A stretch of DNA of 64,000 bases from Candidatus Kapaibacterium sp. (GCA_025059875.1 JANXCT010000003.1:4176-68175), one strand, 5' to 3'. Counted from the first letter of the stretch, positions 38,532-48,027 are shown. Notes: a model not told the origin generated them from the sequence alone. Numbers and translations are program-made.

Positions 38532-39899
38532 TTGGGTCTCCTGATGGATATCCAGGCACTGCGAGCGGCCAAGCAGGTCTTCCGCGAGAACAAGGCCTTG
38601 ACGCTCGTCACTCACGGTAGCGATGGGCTGTGGGCCGGTAAGGCCTACTTCGGCGAGCAAGACGGCTACCTCTACGTCGCTCTGGAGCAGGGCCGGAACT
38701 ACCGCAACGTCATCGAGAACCCGCGTGTCTTCTTCGTGATCGAGCGTGGCGTCCCCGACCGCTTCATCCAAGGCGAAGGGATAGCTGAACCCTTGGGGCC
38801 TATCACAGAGCGGCCCGAGCGCAGCATCATCTTCCGCAAGGCGTTGGAACTGGTGCTCTTCGCCAAGCTCATCCCCGGAGTGACGCTCTTCCGGATTCGC
38901 CCCACCCGGCTCTTCGTATCGGACTTCACTCGGGAATGGAAGCCGCGAGCTGTTGTAGAGGTCACCGATGCCGTCCTGGACTACTTCCGCAACCAGCTTC
39001 GAGACAAGCCCTCAAAGGTGGCTGTCTTCTGGAAGGCTGTCCGCTCGTTCTCGTTTACGGTCACGCTGGCGCCAGTCCTTCTCGGCTCGCTCGTTGCACC
39101 GGTCTTCCACTGGGGCCTGTTCTTGCTGACCCTCTTGGGCACACTCCTAGCGCACGCCGGAGTAAACGTCATCAGCGACTACGTGGACTGGCGGCGTGGG
39201 GCAGATACCTGGAAAGTCCTCGGCTCCAGCCGCGTCTTAGTGGATGGCCTCATGCAACCGCAGACTCACTTGCGGTTTGGGATCATCCTCATGGTAGCGG
39301 CTGCCATCATTGGCGCCATTCTGGCATCCCTCAGCGGTCCAGCGATTTGGTACCTGATGGCAGCAGGGGCTGCGATTGGCATCTTCTACACCGTCCCGCC
39401 AATTGGGCTCAAGTACCGCGCACTCGGCGACATCGCCGTCTTCCTGGCCTTTGGCCCTTTGATGGCGCTGGGTGCCTACTACGTGCAGACCTCGCAGTTG
39501 GATTGGCTCCCCGTGTGGCTCTCCATCCCGATTGGCCTGCTGACGATTGGCATCCTCCACGGCAACAACTACCGCGACATTGCCGAGGACCGAGCGGCCG
39601 GATACCACACGGTAGCGAGCCTCTTAGGGCCACGAGGTTCAGCATACTACTACGCCGTCCTTGTAGTGGCGGCATACGTGTCACTTCTGCTCCTCGTTAG
39701 CCTGAAGCTGCTCCCAGTATGGTCGCTCGTGGCGCTCTTGACACTACCCGTTGGGTGGCGTAACATTCAGGTGGCCTTCAACCACGCTCGTGTTGCCTTC
39801 AGCTTCCTAGACCTGCTGACGGCCCAACTCCACTTGCTGTTCTCGCTAGCCGTCGTCGCGGGTCTGATCCTCCAGCGACTTGTGCCAGTAGTGTGGTGA
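38532..39899 (+). CDS. menA: Fusion protein: an N-terminal pyridoxamine-5'-phosphate-oxidase-like (FMN-binding split-barrel) domain joined to 1,4-dihydroxy-2-naphthoate polyprenyltransferase (MenA, UbiA family)
   Basis: The C-terminal half carries both MenA motifs, 'NVISDYVDWRRGAD' (compare E. coli 'NLANDYGDAVKGSD') and 'HGNNYRDIAEDRAAGYHTVASLLG' (compare 'NINNLRDINSDRENGKNTLVVRLG'), plus about 8 TM helices. The first ~150 aa are a soluble PNPOx-like domain. The track start is a TTG; an ATG follows at 38544. Confidence 0.75.
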   Translation: MGLLMDIQALRAAKQVFRENKALTLVTHGSDGLWAGKAYFGEQDGYLYVALEQGRNYRNVIENPRVFFVIERGVPDRFIQGEGIAEPLGPITERPERSIIFRKALELVLFAKLIPGVTLFRIRPTRLFVSDFTREWKPRAVVEVTDAVLDYFRNQLRDKPSKVAVFWKAVRSFSFTVTLAPVLLGSLVAPVFHWGLFLLTLLGTLLAHAGVNVISDYVDWRRGADTWKVLGSSRVLVDGLMQPQTHLRFGIILMVAAAIIGAILASLSGPAIWYLMAAGAAIGIFYTVPPIGLKYRALGDIAVFLAFGPLMALGAYYVQTSQLDWLPVWLSIPIGLLTIGILHGNNYRDIAEDRAAGYHTVASLLGPRGSAYYYAVLVVAAYVSLLLLVSLKLLPVWSLVALLTLPVGWRNIQVAFNHARVAFSFLDLLTAQLHLLFSLAVVAGLILQRLVPVVW

Positions 39900-39903
39900 C
39901 CGA

Positions 39904-40536
39904 ATGGGCCTCTCCTTTGCTGGTTTTCCGTTTGGCGGGGTCATTCTGGCGGCAGCCTGGTGGTTCGTGCTCTTCTCGCCGTGGACGGCGCCACAGAACT
40001 CCTTCTGGCTGGGGATGGCGATGGCTACAGGGACACTGCTCGGCTACAGCGCCTGGGTCCTCCGCCGAGAGTGGCAGCCCCTCTTCCGAGTAGAGGCCCG
40101 ATGGATTGCTCTAGGGATCGGATCAGCCTTCGCACTCTACGGTCTCTTCTGGGTCGGCCACGCACTGATGGTCGCCCTCTTCCCTGGAGCGAGCGCCCTC
40201 GTCAACGCTGTCTACGCCCGGCGCGCTGAAGCCCCTGCCTGGCTCATTGCTCTCCTACTGGCGGTGTGGATCGGTCCGGCGGAAGAGGTCTTCTGGCGGG
40301 GCGTCCTCCAACGCTACCTACAGACGCGGCTTCGGCCCATCTGGGGACTACTAGTCGCCACAGTGCTCTACACATTGGTACACATCTGGGCCGGCAACCC
40401 GCCGTTACTACTCGCTGCCTTCGTCGCCGGGATGGCCTGGGGTGCGCTCTTCCTCTGGACGGGCTCCCTCATCCCAGGCATCATCTCCCATGCCCTCTGG
40501 GACGTGCTGATGTTTGTCCTACTGCCACTCCAGTGA
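39904..40536 (+). CDS. CPBP-family intramembrane metalloprotease (CAAX protease-like)
   Basis: 'EEVFWRGVLQ' (EExxxR), 'FxxxH' and 'HALWDV' motifs within a multi-TM protein. Confidence 0.8.
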   Translation: MGLSFAGFPFGGVILAAAWWFVLFSPWTAPQNSFWLGMAMATGTLLGYSAWVLRREWQPLFRVEARWIALGIGSAFALYGLFWVGHALMVALFPGASALVNAVYARRAEAPAWLIALLLAVWIGPAEEVFWRGVLQRYLQTRLRPIWGLLVATVLYTLVHIWAGNPPLLLAAFVAGMAWGALFLWTGSLIPGIISHALWDVLMFVLLPLQ

Positions 40537-40538
40537 GA

Positions 40539-41570
40539 ATGCGTGCTGTCGTGCTCCAAGCCCATGGCGAGCCGCACGAGGCCCTCACCTACCGAGTAGA
40601 CCTCCCTGAGCCAACGCCAGCCCCTGGCGAAGTAGTCCTACGGGTTCGGGCAACCTCGCTGAACCGAGTAGATACTGTCATCCGCCGCGGCTATCCTGGA
40701 TTGACACTACAGTTTCCACATATCCTCGGTGGCGATATCGTTGGCGACGTCGTTGCCTGTGGCGAGGGTGTGCAGTTGCTGCGGGAAGGGACGAGGGTGC
40801 TCGTCTACCCAATCGTGTGGTGTGGCACCTGTTCCCTGTGCCGCAAGGGACTGGAACATCTCTGCCTCCGGTGGCAGTACTTCGGCATGCACCGGGCTGG
40901 TGGCTATGCCGAATACGTTGCTGTCCCAGAGCGTTGCTGCATCCCTCTCCCCGAACACCTGTCGGATGTAGAAGCGGCATGCCTCGGCGTCGCTGGTCTC
41001 ACCGCTTACCATGCCATAGAGGCGGCTGGCGTCAGCGAAGGCAGCATACTGCTCGTCTGGGGAGCAACCGGAGGTATGGGCACCTTCTTACTCCAATTGG
41101 CCCGACACCGAGGTGCTTACGTCATCGCCACCACTCGCAGGATGGAGCAGGCCGAACTCTTACACTCCTGGGGGGCCGACTGGGTCCTGCCAACCCTTCC
41201 GCCAGAGGCTGTCCTGCAGGCCGTCCAGGAGCGCTTTCCTGAGGGCATTGACGCAGTCATAGACTACGTCGGCCCGGCCACCTTCCCTATCAGCTTCGCA
41301 CTCCTACGCAAGGGTGGTCGCCTCATCTTCTGTGGGATCCTCACCGGTCGGGAGACCACACTGAGCATCCACCAGACCTACTTACGACACGTCAGCCTAC
41401 ACGGCATCTACCTGGGGACCCGTGCTGAGTTGCAGGCGCTCATCGGGCTGGTGACCGACGGTATAGTGCGTCCCTACGTTGCAGGCGTCCACCCACTTTC
41501 GGAAGCACCACTGCTGCATCAGCGGATGGAAGCGGGGGCAATTGTAGGCAAGACAGTGATGGTGCCGTGA
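40539..41570 (+). CDS. Zinc-type alcohol dehydrogenase / NADPH:quinone oxidoreductase (MDR superfamily)
   Basis: 'MRAVVLQAHGEP...', 'GGDIVGDVVACGEG', 'VWGATGGMGTFLLQLA' (Rossmann fold). The track ORF over-extends upstream. Confidence 0.85.
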   Translation: MRAVVLQAHGEPHEALTYRVDLPEPTPAPGEVVLRVRATSLNRVDTVIRRGYPGLTLQFPHILGGDIVGDVVACGEGVQLLREGTRVLVYPIVWCGTCSLCRKGLEHLCLRWQYFGMHRAGGYAEYVAVPERCCIPLPEHLSDVEAACLGVAGLTAYHAIEAAGVSEGSILLVWGATGGMGTFLLQLARHRGAYVIATTRRMEQAELLHSWGADWVLPTLPPEAVLQAVQERFPEGIDAVIDYVGPATFPISFALLRKGGRLIFCGILTGRETTLSIHQTYLRHVSLHGIYLGTRAELQALIGLVTDGIVRPYVAGVHPLSEAPLLHQRMEAGAIVGKTVMVP

Positions 41571-41703
41571 GGCGGTTTCCATCCCCGTCCCTGCGGCTCC
41601 GTACAAGGCTGTACCGCGCCACCACTGAGTCCGCCGTTCGTTGGTCTGAAACGGCCGTTCATTGCGCGAAAACCACCGTTTGTAAAATTTCGCTCCTACC
41701 CCC

Positions 41704-41734
41704 TTGACATGTTGGGACAGATACCATAACTTTG
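41704..41734 (+). promoter_or_regulatory. Bacteroidetes sigma-A-type promoter (TTG, 20-nt spacer, TAACTTTG)
   Basis: TTG at 41704-41706 and TAACTTTG at 41727-41734, in a local AT-rich patch. It sits about 300 nt upstream of the 791-aa T9SS cargo gene. Confidence 0.55.
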
Positions 41735-41739
41735 TACTC

Positions 41740-41791
41740 AGCCAACAATCCTGTCGCTCGCCTCGGGAGCAAAAGGGCAGGGTTGTTGGCT
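41740..41791 (+). ncRNA. Predicted 5'-terminal stem-loop of the leader transcript (14-bp stem, one G-U pair, 24-nt loop with an inner 4-bp helix)
   Basis: AGCCAACAAUCCUG (41740-41753) pairs with CAGGGUUGUUGGCU (41778-41791). It begins at the predicted TSS. Confidence 0.4.
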
Positions 41792-42032
41792 AAGGTAGCG
41801 CTATCCTCTACAGGTATAGAAGGAGCCTCTACTGGCACTGCTCCGAGCAATACAGGAAGAGCGATCCCGAAAAGGCGAGAGCACGGGGGAGCTCCTACAA
41901 CGGTCCCGACCTAAGAAGACTATCCAACGGATGATAGCCGTACCGGACCCTCTTCTCTTCCGGGGTCAACCGCCCATGGGCTCACCCCCTGATCGTCTCG
42001 ACCACAGACTGAGGCAGACGCTTCCTTGAAGT

Positions 42033-44408
42033 ATGTTCCACAAATGTTGGAGGTCACTAATGACGAAGGGACATCGTTGGACCCACGGGCAGCATCGTTC
42101 CGACCCGCTTCACGACTCGAAGTGCCTGCTCCGGAGACAGCCAGTACGCTCACTCCGGGCCCTGGTGTGGGGAGCCGTGCTCACTCTCCTGCCATCCCTG
42201 CTGCCGGTCACGACCATTGCTCAGCAGGACTGCCTGACCTTTGACGCCACCGGCGTGAATCACTGTGCACAATGGTTCATGTCGGTCTCGCGCTGCAACT
42301 GGATCGCGACCCCACCTGCGGGGCATCCATCGCCAGCAATGCAGTTCATAGATAGTGCAGGAGGCCCCTCTATAGCAACAAATGCAACACCGTTCTTTGC
42401 CGGGAACTGGCTGCAGAAGGCCCAACAGGGCTGCCTCTGCTTTGACTGGATGATAGACCTCCAGTACCCTTCCTCGCCCCCGCCCACATTCAAAAACCCC
42501 GGCATCGGCATATGGACGGGGACGGCGCCTCCCCCTGTCGCCAACGTAACGAACGCTCTGCGGGCCGAACTCATTGCTCTTCCAGGTGCGCCGGACATGC
42601 AAGAAGACCAATGGTATCGTATCTGCCTTCCCATTGGTCCTTGTGTCGGCGGGAAACTGCCCACAGATGGGAGGTTCACTTGGCTCCTCTCCAACCTACC
42701 ACCCGGCATGGACACCTGCACGGCCTGGAACATGCTCATTGCGAACGTTACTGGTATCTATCTGGGAATTGACTACCACAACTCGCCTTCCGAGCAGGTG
42801 TACTTCGATAACTTCTGTTTTCGCTGTGCGCAGGACCCAGGGGTCTCTGGACTCTGCCGCGAGCTGTGGTCACGGGTGCAGCAGCGCCTTGACTCCGCCT
42901 GCTGCACGATCCAATGGCAGGTTCCGAGCCTCGGGGGAGCCTTTGCCGTAGCGTCTCTGCAGTACTTTGTCTCTGGCGGCCTTGTGGACACTTTCTACGC
43001 CACGGGCTGTCCCTACACAACGAGTCCGCCCGATCTCCACAACACAGTCAGCGGAACTCTTACCTTCAGCCCACCGTGTACCAATCCCTTAACGCTCTTC
43101 AGCGAGATTACGCCAACGACTGCCAGCGGGGAAGTGACTGTCCAGATCTGCGCTCGTCTCATTGGTACTGGCCAGATTGTTGAGTGCTGTGACACCGTCA
43201 TTATCCGATGCCCTCGTGCCCCCATTACGCGCTGCGACAGCCTTGCCGTAGAGCCTTTCATTTGGCCCGGGCTCAACCTTTCAGGGCGGACCTTTACCAT
43301 CTACAACCTGAAACAGCCAGCCTCGCCCATCAGGGAGGTTCGCATCCAGCTCGTGCCCGACCCCAACCCGGGGAATCCAACGTTCAAGTGGAACGGCGGT
43401 GGCCTCTTGGTCGACGGAGGCCCCCGTCCGTGGGGCGTGGCGAACAGCGGTATACCGTACTACAGCCAAATCAGCATGTGGTGCCCTCCACGAGGCCAAG
43501 CCCCACAGGGTCCGGCGGCAAGCAATACAGTCCGGTTCAACTTAGGCGTGGACTACACGCTAAACTGGAGGGGGAGCGCCCAGCTGACAGTCATCCACTG
43601 CGACGGGGATACTTGCCGACTAGCGTACGACAACTGGTGTGCGAAGCCCAATCGTAGAGATTGTCTACCCATCGTGCTGCCCCCAGTGAAAGGGATCGAA
43701 CTACTAGTTCGTCCAACCGTTAGGTCGGCATACCTGCTCGAAGCACAGATTGATACCTCCTTGGTACCGGGCACAGGTGATCTCCACGCCTGTCATGCTT
43801 CCATCGTCCCGATAGCGAGGAATTGGCGAGTCATTGGGGCCAGCGTTGACGACCAGCTCACCCGCGATGAGCGCGAGTCAGGACGGTACCACCAGTGGTC
43901 TGGCGACACCAGAGTCTCCGACGGATGGGCTATCGTGAGCCTCACCCCATGCAAAAGGCCGACGAACCCCATAAAGAATCCTTGGCGACTACTGGCAACC
44001 ATAGCTTCGAACGAGCCGACGACTGACACCCCTCGGGTCGCCATCACTTTCTACGACCAGGATGGCAATCCACTTACCAGCGATACCGTACGCGCAACGA
44101 CACGGCTGACGCCGGTATCGGTAGAGACCACCCAGCCCGGCGGCGACCAGAGCGGCATCCTGCGAATTATTCCGAATCCAGCCGCAGACGAGGTGCGTGT
44201 CGAGTACCGCCTTGCCCAACCTAGCGATGTCGTCGTTGAGCTCTGCGACGTGCTGGGTCGGTGCCGCATGGCAGCGCAGTTGGGCTGGATGCCGGCAGGG
44301 ATCAATACATTCGGGATGAGCACGGCGGAACTGCCGGTGGGCAGCTACATGCTGCGCCTGCGCACGGCTGACGGGGTGCTGACGGCATCGCTGCAGGTGG
44401 TGCGGTAA
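42033..44408 (+). CDS. Uncharacterised Cys-rich secreted protein with a T9SS C-terminal sorting domain
   Basis: Signal peptide 'LRALVWGAVLTLLPSLLPVTTIAQQ', about 38 Cys in 791 aa, and a C-terminal 'RIIPNPAADEVRVEYRLAQPSDVVVELCDVLGRCRMAAQLG...GSYMLRLRTADGVLTASLQVVR'. The start may be Met 42060. Confidence 0.75.
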   Translation: MFHKCWRSLMTKGHRWTHGQHRSDPLHDSKCLLRRQPVRSLRALVWGAVLTLLPSLLPVTTIAQQDCLTFDATGVNHCAQWFMSVSRCNWIATPPAGHPSPAMQFIDSAGGPSIATNATPFFAGNWLQKAQQGCLCFDWMIDLQYPSSPPPTFKNPGIGIWTGTAPPPVANVTNALRAELIALPGAPDMQEDQWYRICLPIGPCVGGKLPTDGRFTWLLSNLPPGMDTCTAWNMLIANVTGIYLGIDYHNSPSEQVYFDNFCFRCAQDPGVSGLCRELWSRVQQRLDSACCTIQWQVPSLGGAFAVASLQYFVSGGLVDTFYATGCPYTTSPPDLHNTVSGTLTFSPPCTNPLTLFSEITPTTASGEVTVQICARLIGTGQIVECCDTVIIRCPRAPITRCDSLAVEPFIWPGLNLSGRTFTIYNLKQPASPIREVRIQLVPDPNPGNPTFKWNGGGLLVDGGPRPWGVANSGIPYYSQISMWCPPRGQAPQGPAASNTVRFNLGVDYTLNWRGSAQLTVIHCDGDTCRLAYDNWCAKPNRRDCLPIVLPPVKGIELLVRPTVRSAYLLEAQIDTSLVPGTGDLHACHASIVPIARNWRVIGASVDDQLTRDERESGRYHQWSGDTRVSDGWAIVSLTPCKRPTNPIKNPWRLLATIASNEPTTDTPRVAITFYDQDGNPLTSDTVRATTRLTPVSVETTQPGGDQSGILRIIPNPAADEVRVEYRLAQPSDVVVELCDVLGRCRMAAQLGWMPAGINTFGMSTAELPVGSYMLRLRTADGVLTASLQVVR

Positions 44409-44425
44409 CCTTCAGCATCGGCGGA

Positions 44426-44461
44426 ATTGCTACAGCGGCTCCCTCGCCCGAGGGAGCCGCT
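44426..44461 (+). terminator. Rho-independent terminator
   Basis: GCGGCTCCCTC-GCCC-GAGGGAGCCGC (11-bp perfect stem) followed by TCCGTTTTTT. Confidence 0.8.
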
Positions 44462-44629
44462 CCGTTTTTTCAAAACTGCCAAGGCCCCTAAGAGCAAGGC
44501 TTCCGCAGCGCATCCCAGAGCTAGGCCAGAAGGCGGCTATAACCACGGCATACCGGCAGCTTGCGATGGTCCTATTAGAATCACACAACCGGGTCTTACT
44601 TTTGGAAAGGCAAATTCCACTGCCAGTGG

Positions 44630-46567
44630 ATGGCAACACTGCCGACAATGGCACAGATTCCGGCGCTCAGGTTAGGCATCTTGAGCCTGGTTAGCGCCGC
44701 TTGTGCATTCGCACTGCCAGTGCAATGGAGCTCCGGCCTCGTGGCCCTTACCCTCTGTGGAACGCTGCTCATCGCTATCTTCTTCCTGTGGTGGCGACAG
44801 ATTGTGCTGTGCTATGCAATCGCCGCGATTGGCATTGGGGTCTTCCTGGCGTCGGCATGGCGCTGGGCGTTGCCTCCTATGACGGATGCTGTCGTACAGC
44901 CATTCCCCGCGTACATAGAGGGTAGGATTGTCGACATCCTACGGGTCCAGCCTCCGCGGCTGCGCTGCATTGTGGAAGGGCAGGTGGATGCCCAGCCCCT
45001 ACCGCCGATGCAGGCCCGAGTCCTCCTCTCTATCGCGGAGATAAGAGGCACGGAACCCTGGACACAACCTGGCCGGACGATCCGAGCAACCATCCGCCTA
45101 CGCCCTCCACGACCCGCCATACTACCGACTGACTTCCCCGAGTGGGACTACTGTGCGCACCTTGACGTCCAATGGGTGGGCTTCGCACATGCGTCGGATG
45201 TCAGCCTCTGGGAGGAGCAACCTCGCTCTCGCACAGACCTTCTGGAATTCCTGGCACACCAACGACAGCGCCTCCGCCAGTGGATTGCAGACCTCTATCC
45301 CTCAGATGTCCGCCCGCTGGCGCTAGCATTGCTGGTCGGAGACCGCTCGGAGCTTGCCCCTCAGCAACGCCGCGAGTTTGCCCTTACGGGAGCTGCCCAT
45401 GTACTCGCCATCAGCGGACTCCACGCTGGAGTTGTGGCCGGGATAGTTTTCATTGTGCTTGGCTTCCTCCCTTACCACTGGCTGCGATGGCTCTGCGCAA
45501 GCCTCTTGCTTGTGCTCTTCGTTGGCCTCACTGGAGCCCAACCCTCAGCACTCCGAGCTGCTGGAATGGCAATCCTCGGAAGTGCTCTGTACTTGCTCCA
45601 GCGGCAGCCACACCCAGTCAACGTCGTCGCTGCTGTGGCTTTTGGGTTACTGCTCCTCCAGCCCGAACTGTTCTTCTCTCGCTCTTTCCAACTCTCGGTC
45701 TTGGCTACCCTTGGAATTGTCGGACTCTTCGGGCCATTTGCTCGGTGGCTCCAGCAACTTGGGCCTGCCCTGCCCCAATTCTTACGAGACATGGTAGCAC
45801 TGACACTAGCAGCAACGTGCGGGAGTGCCTCAGTTGCTGCGATGGCCTTCGGAATCTTCTCCCTGCTCTCGGTCCCGATCAACGTAGCTGCTGTGCCAAT
45901 GAGCGGGGCGGCGCTGGTAGCTGGACTCCTGGGGATGCTCTCCTACGGCATAGCACCGCCCATTGGCGAACTCTACACAAGCGCCGCCATCGCATGCTTG
46001 CGCGGGCTGGCATGGCTAACCCACCACGCTGCCCAGCTCCCGTTTGCTGCCCTAGAAGGACACAGTGCAGCCATTGCAGCTGTCGGAGTCAGCGGTGGCC
46101 TTCTATGGCTCTTGAAGGCTCAGCGCTGGATGCATGTCCTCCCGCGGCTCTGCGTCGTTGTCGCTGGGATCGCCTTGGGGAGTTATTGGCTCCGACCGAG
46201 CATACAGCCACGGCTTGTTCCTCGCGAGCGGCTTGTTGCAGCATTCCTGCCGACAGCACCGGACACAACCGTGGTTGTACTCATCGACCGACTCCCGCGG
46301 CACAAACCAAGGCGAGATCCAGCCCTAGAAGACTACCTCCGTGCCCTTCCGGGGCATCTCTCCATCGCCTATACTGGCTACACGGGCGAACTCCTTGCTC
46401 TTCAGTGTTTCCGCTCTCGCGCCAACGTCTCCGTGCTCCCGGCCCCTCCGGTCCTGGTGGACTACATCCACCAGCTCTTCCACTCGCCGCAGCCGCTGCA
46501 CCAACTCTACCGGCCTCTCTTGCTTCCCGCTGATCTGGATAGAATAGCTTCAGAGCAGCTCGAATGA
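44630..46567 (+). CDS. comEC: ComEC/Rec2-family DNA internalisation-related membrane protein
   Basis: 'FALTGAAHVLAISGLHAGVV' competence-domain signature, multi-TM. The upstream TACTTTTG at 44588-44595 may be its -7 box. Confidence 0.8.
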   Translation: MATLPTMAQIPALRLGILSLVSAACAFALPVQWSSGLVALTLCGTLLIAIFFLWWRQIVLCYAIAAIGIGVFLASAWRWALPPMTDAVVQPFPAYIEGRIVDILRVQPPRLRCIVEGQVDAQPLPPMQARVLLSIAEIRGTEPWTQPGRTIRATIRLRPPRPAILPTDFPEWDYCAHLDVQWVGFAHASDVSLWEEQPRSRTDLLEFLAHQRQRLRQWIADLYPSDVRPLALALLVGDRSELAPQQRREFALTGAAHVLAISGLHAGVVAGIVFIVLGFLPYHWLRWLCASLLLVLFVGLTGAQPSALRAAGMAILGSALYLLQRQPHPVNVVAAVAFGLLLLQPELFFSRSFQLSVLATLGIVGLFGPFARWLQQLGPALPQFLRDMVALTLAATCGSASVAAMAFGIFSLLSVPINVAAVPMSGAALVAGLLGMLSYGIAPPIGELYTSAAIACLRGLAWLTHHAAQLPFAALEGHSAAIAAVGVSGGLLWLLKAQRWMHVLPRLCVVVAGIALGSYWLRPSIQPRLVPRERLVAAFLPTAPDTTVVVLIDRLPRHKPRRDPALEDYLRALPGHLSIAYTGYTGELLALQCFRSRANVSVLPAPPVLVDYIHQLFHSPQPLHQLYRPLLLPADLDRIASEQLE

Positions 46568-47224
46568 CGGGGCCTTTGGCAACCGATCCCGACAGAACAG
46601 TAGAAGCTGCCCACTGTGGATCTCCACGTGCACAGGGGCTCGCCGGACGACGTTTCGTGCGCTCTCCCGCACTCCCCACCGCAGCAGCTCGCCACGTAGC
46701 TCCCAGATGAATCCTGTTGTTGTAACACTTGCCTCTGGCTGCGGGACCAACGAGACGGTCTCCCCGACCTCCAACCCCACGACCGCAGACGTGGTTAGTG
46801 GTATCCCGTAGCGATGGCTGTCGTAGAAGCACAGTTCTAGAGTTGTTGCATAGCGCACGGCAACGCTCCAGTTGATGAGCGTATGGTCGGGTTCCTCTCC
46901 CTGGAAGCCGACGACTAAAAGACGCTTCCAGCCCCGCTGCTGCGCAAAGCAGAGCACTTTCTCGAAATCATTCGTGTCCTGGTCCACAATCTGCACCAGT
47001 GGAATGTCGTTGAACAGTTCCCGCTCAGGGGACACGAGCAGCGTATCCAGGTCCCCGACGATATACGACGGCAGAAGCCGGTAGTGGCGGTAGAGCTTAA
47101 CAGCCGCTCCGTCAGCGGCGATGAGTGGAGCGTAAGAGCACCGTTTGAACACGCCCTGTTCTGGTATCGTTCCGTCAAGGCAGACAATAGCATCGAAGTT
47201 GCTGGAGAAGGTCACCCGCAGCAT
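46550..47224 (-). CDS. Thiamine diphosphokinase
   Basis: 'IVCLDG...APLIAADGAA...YIVGDLDTL' is a TPK catalytic motif. The start was chosen at 'MLRVTF'. Confidence 0.7.
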   Translation of the reverse strand: MLRVTFSSNFDAIVCLDGTIPEQGVFKRCSYAPLIAADGAAVKLYRHYRLLPSYIVGDLDTLLVSPERELFNDIPLVQIVDQDTNDFEKVLCFAQQRGWKRLLVVGFQGEEPDHTLINWSVAVRYATTLELCFYDSHRYGIPLTTSAVVGLEVGETVSLVPQPEASVTTTGFIWELRGELLRWGVRESARNVVRRAPVHVEIHSGQLLLFCRDRLPKAPSFELL

Positions 47225-48027
47225 GTGCGCTCCCACCGGTCGAAGATAGCAAGGAGGCGCTCCACGCCGTCCGTTAAGGCCGCCGGACCAGGCTGCAGGA
47301 TGATGGATGAGGGGATCTCGTAGAGCTGGTTCGTGCGCACGGCGGGAATAGCATCCCACCCTGGCCGCTGTCGCAGACGCTCAGGCTTGAACATCTTCCC
47401 ACACCACGACGCGATGATGATCTCAGGACTGCGGCGCACGACCTCATCCGGATCCGCGATAATGCGCCGCTTCGCATCAGGATAGCGGCTCAACTCCTCA
47501 AAGACATCCTCACCACCGCATATCGTAATGAGCTCGCTCACCCAGCGAATCCCGCTAATGAGGGGATCGTACCACTCCTCAAAGTACACCCGAGGACGAC
47601 GTTGCCGCTGAGCCCCACGTTCAGCAGCACGCTGAAGACCAGCCATGAGCTGCTCGACATACCTCTCAGCCTCCGCACTCTTCCCAATCAACGCTCCCAG
47701 GCGCAGAATCATTGAGAGGATCCCTTCGACAGAGCGATGGTTGAAACAGATGACCTCTACCCCCTGCCGGATGAGCTCGGCACATATAGATGCTTGCAGG
47801 TCCGACCACGCTAAGACTACATCGGGCTCCAAAGCCAGGATGGCGTCAATCTTCGCATCCAGGAACGTGGAGACCTTTGGCTTCTGGCGAGCTTCACGCG
47901 GCCGTGTGACGAACCCCGAAACTCCTACGATGAGATCGCCAGCACCCAAGGCATAGAGGGTCTCTGTCGTCTCCTCGGTGAGACACACGATCCGTTGTGG
48001 TAGCCGCGGCTGGAGATGGAGCCCCAT
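47212..48027 (-). CDS. Periplasmic-binding-protein-like protein (BtuF/FhuD cobalamin/siderophore-binding fold), no obvious signal peptide
   Basis: 'RIVCLTEETTETLYALGAGDLIVGVS', '...PDVVLAWSD' and 'PEIIIASWCG' are class III SBP signatures. There is no adjacent permease or ATPase. Confidence 0.65.
   Translation of the reverse strand: MGLHLQPRLPQRIVCLTEETTETLYALGAGDLIVGVSGFVTRPREARQKPKVSTFLDAKIDAILALEPDVVLAWSDLQASICAELIRQGVEVICFNHRSVEGILSMILRLGALIGKSAEAERYVEQLMAGLQRAAERGAQRQRRPRVYFEEWYDPLISGIRWVSELITICGGEDVFEELSRYPDAKRRIIADPDEVVRRSPEIIIASWCGKMFKPERLRQRPGWDAIPAVRTNQLYEIPSSIILQPGPAALTDGVERLLAIFDRWERTCCG

Noticed and set aside
40266-40538. Upstream extension of the MDR oxidoreductase ORF to 434 aa
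   Set aside because: The extension overlaps the CPBP protease gene in another frame and is Arg/Pro-rich junk. The conserved N-terminus starts at 'MRAVVLQ' (40539).
45172-46533. 453-aa ORF in an alternative frame of comEC
   Set aside because: It is Cys/Pro/Arg-rich with no motifs and is fully contained within the well-supported ComEC frame.
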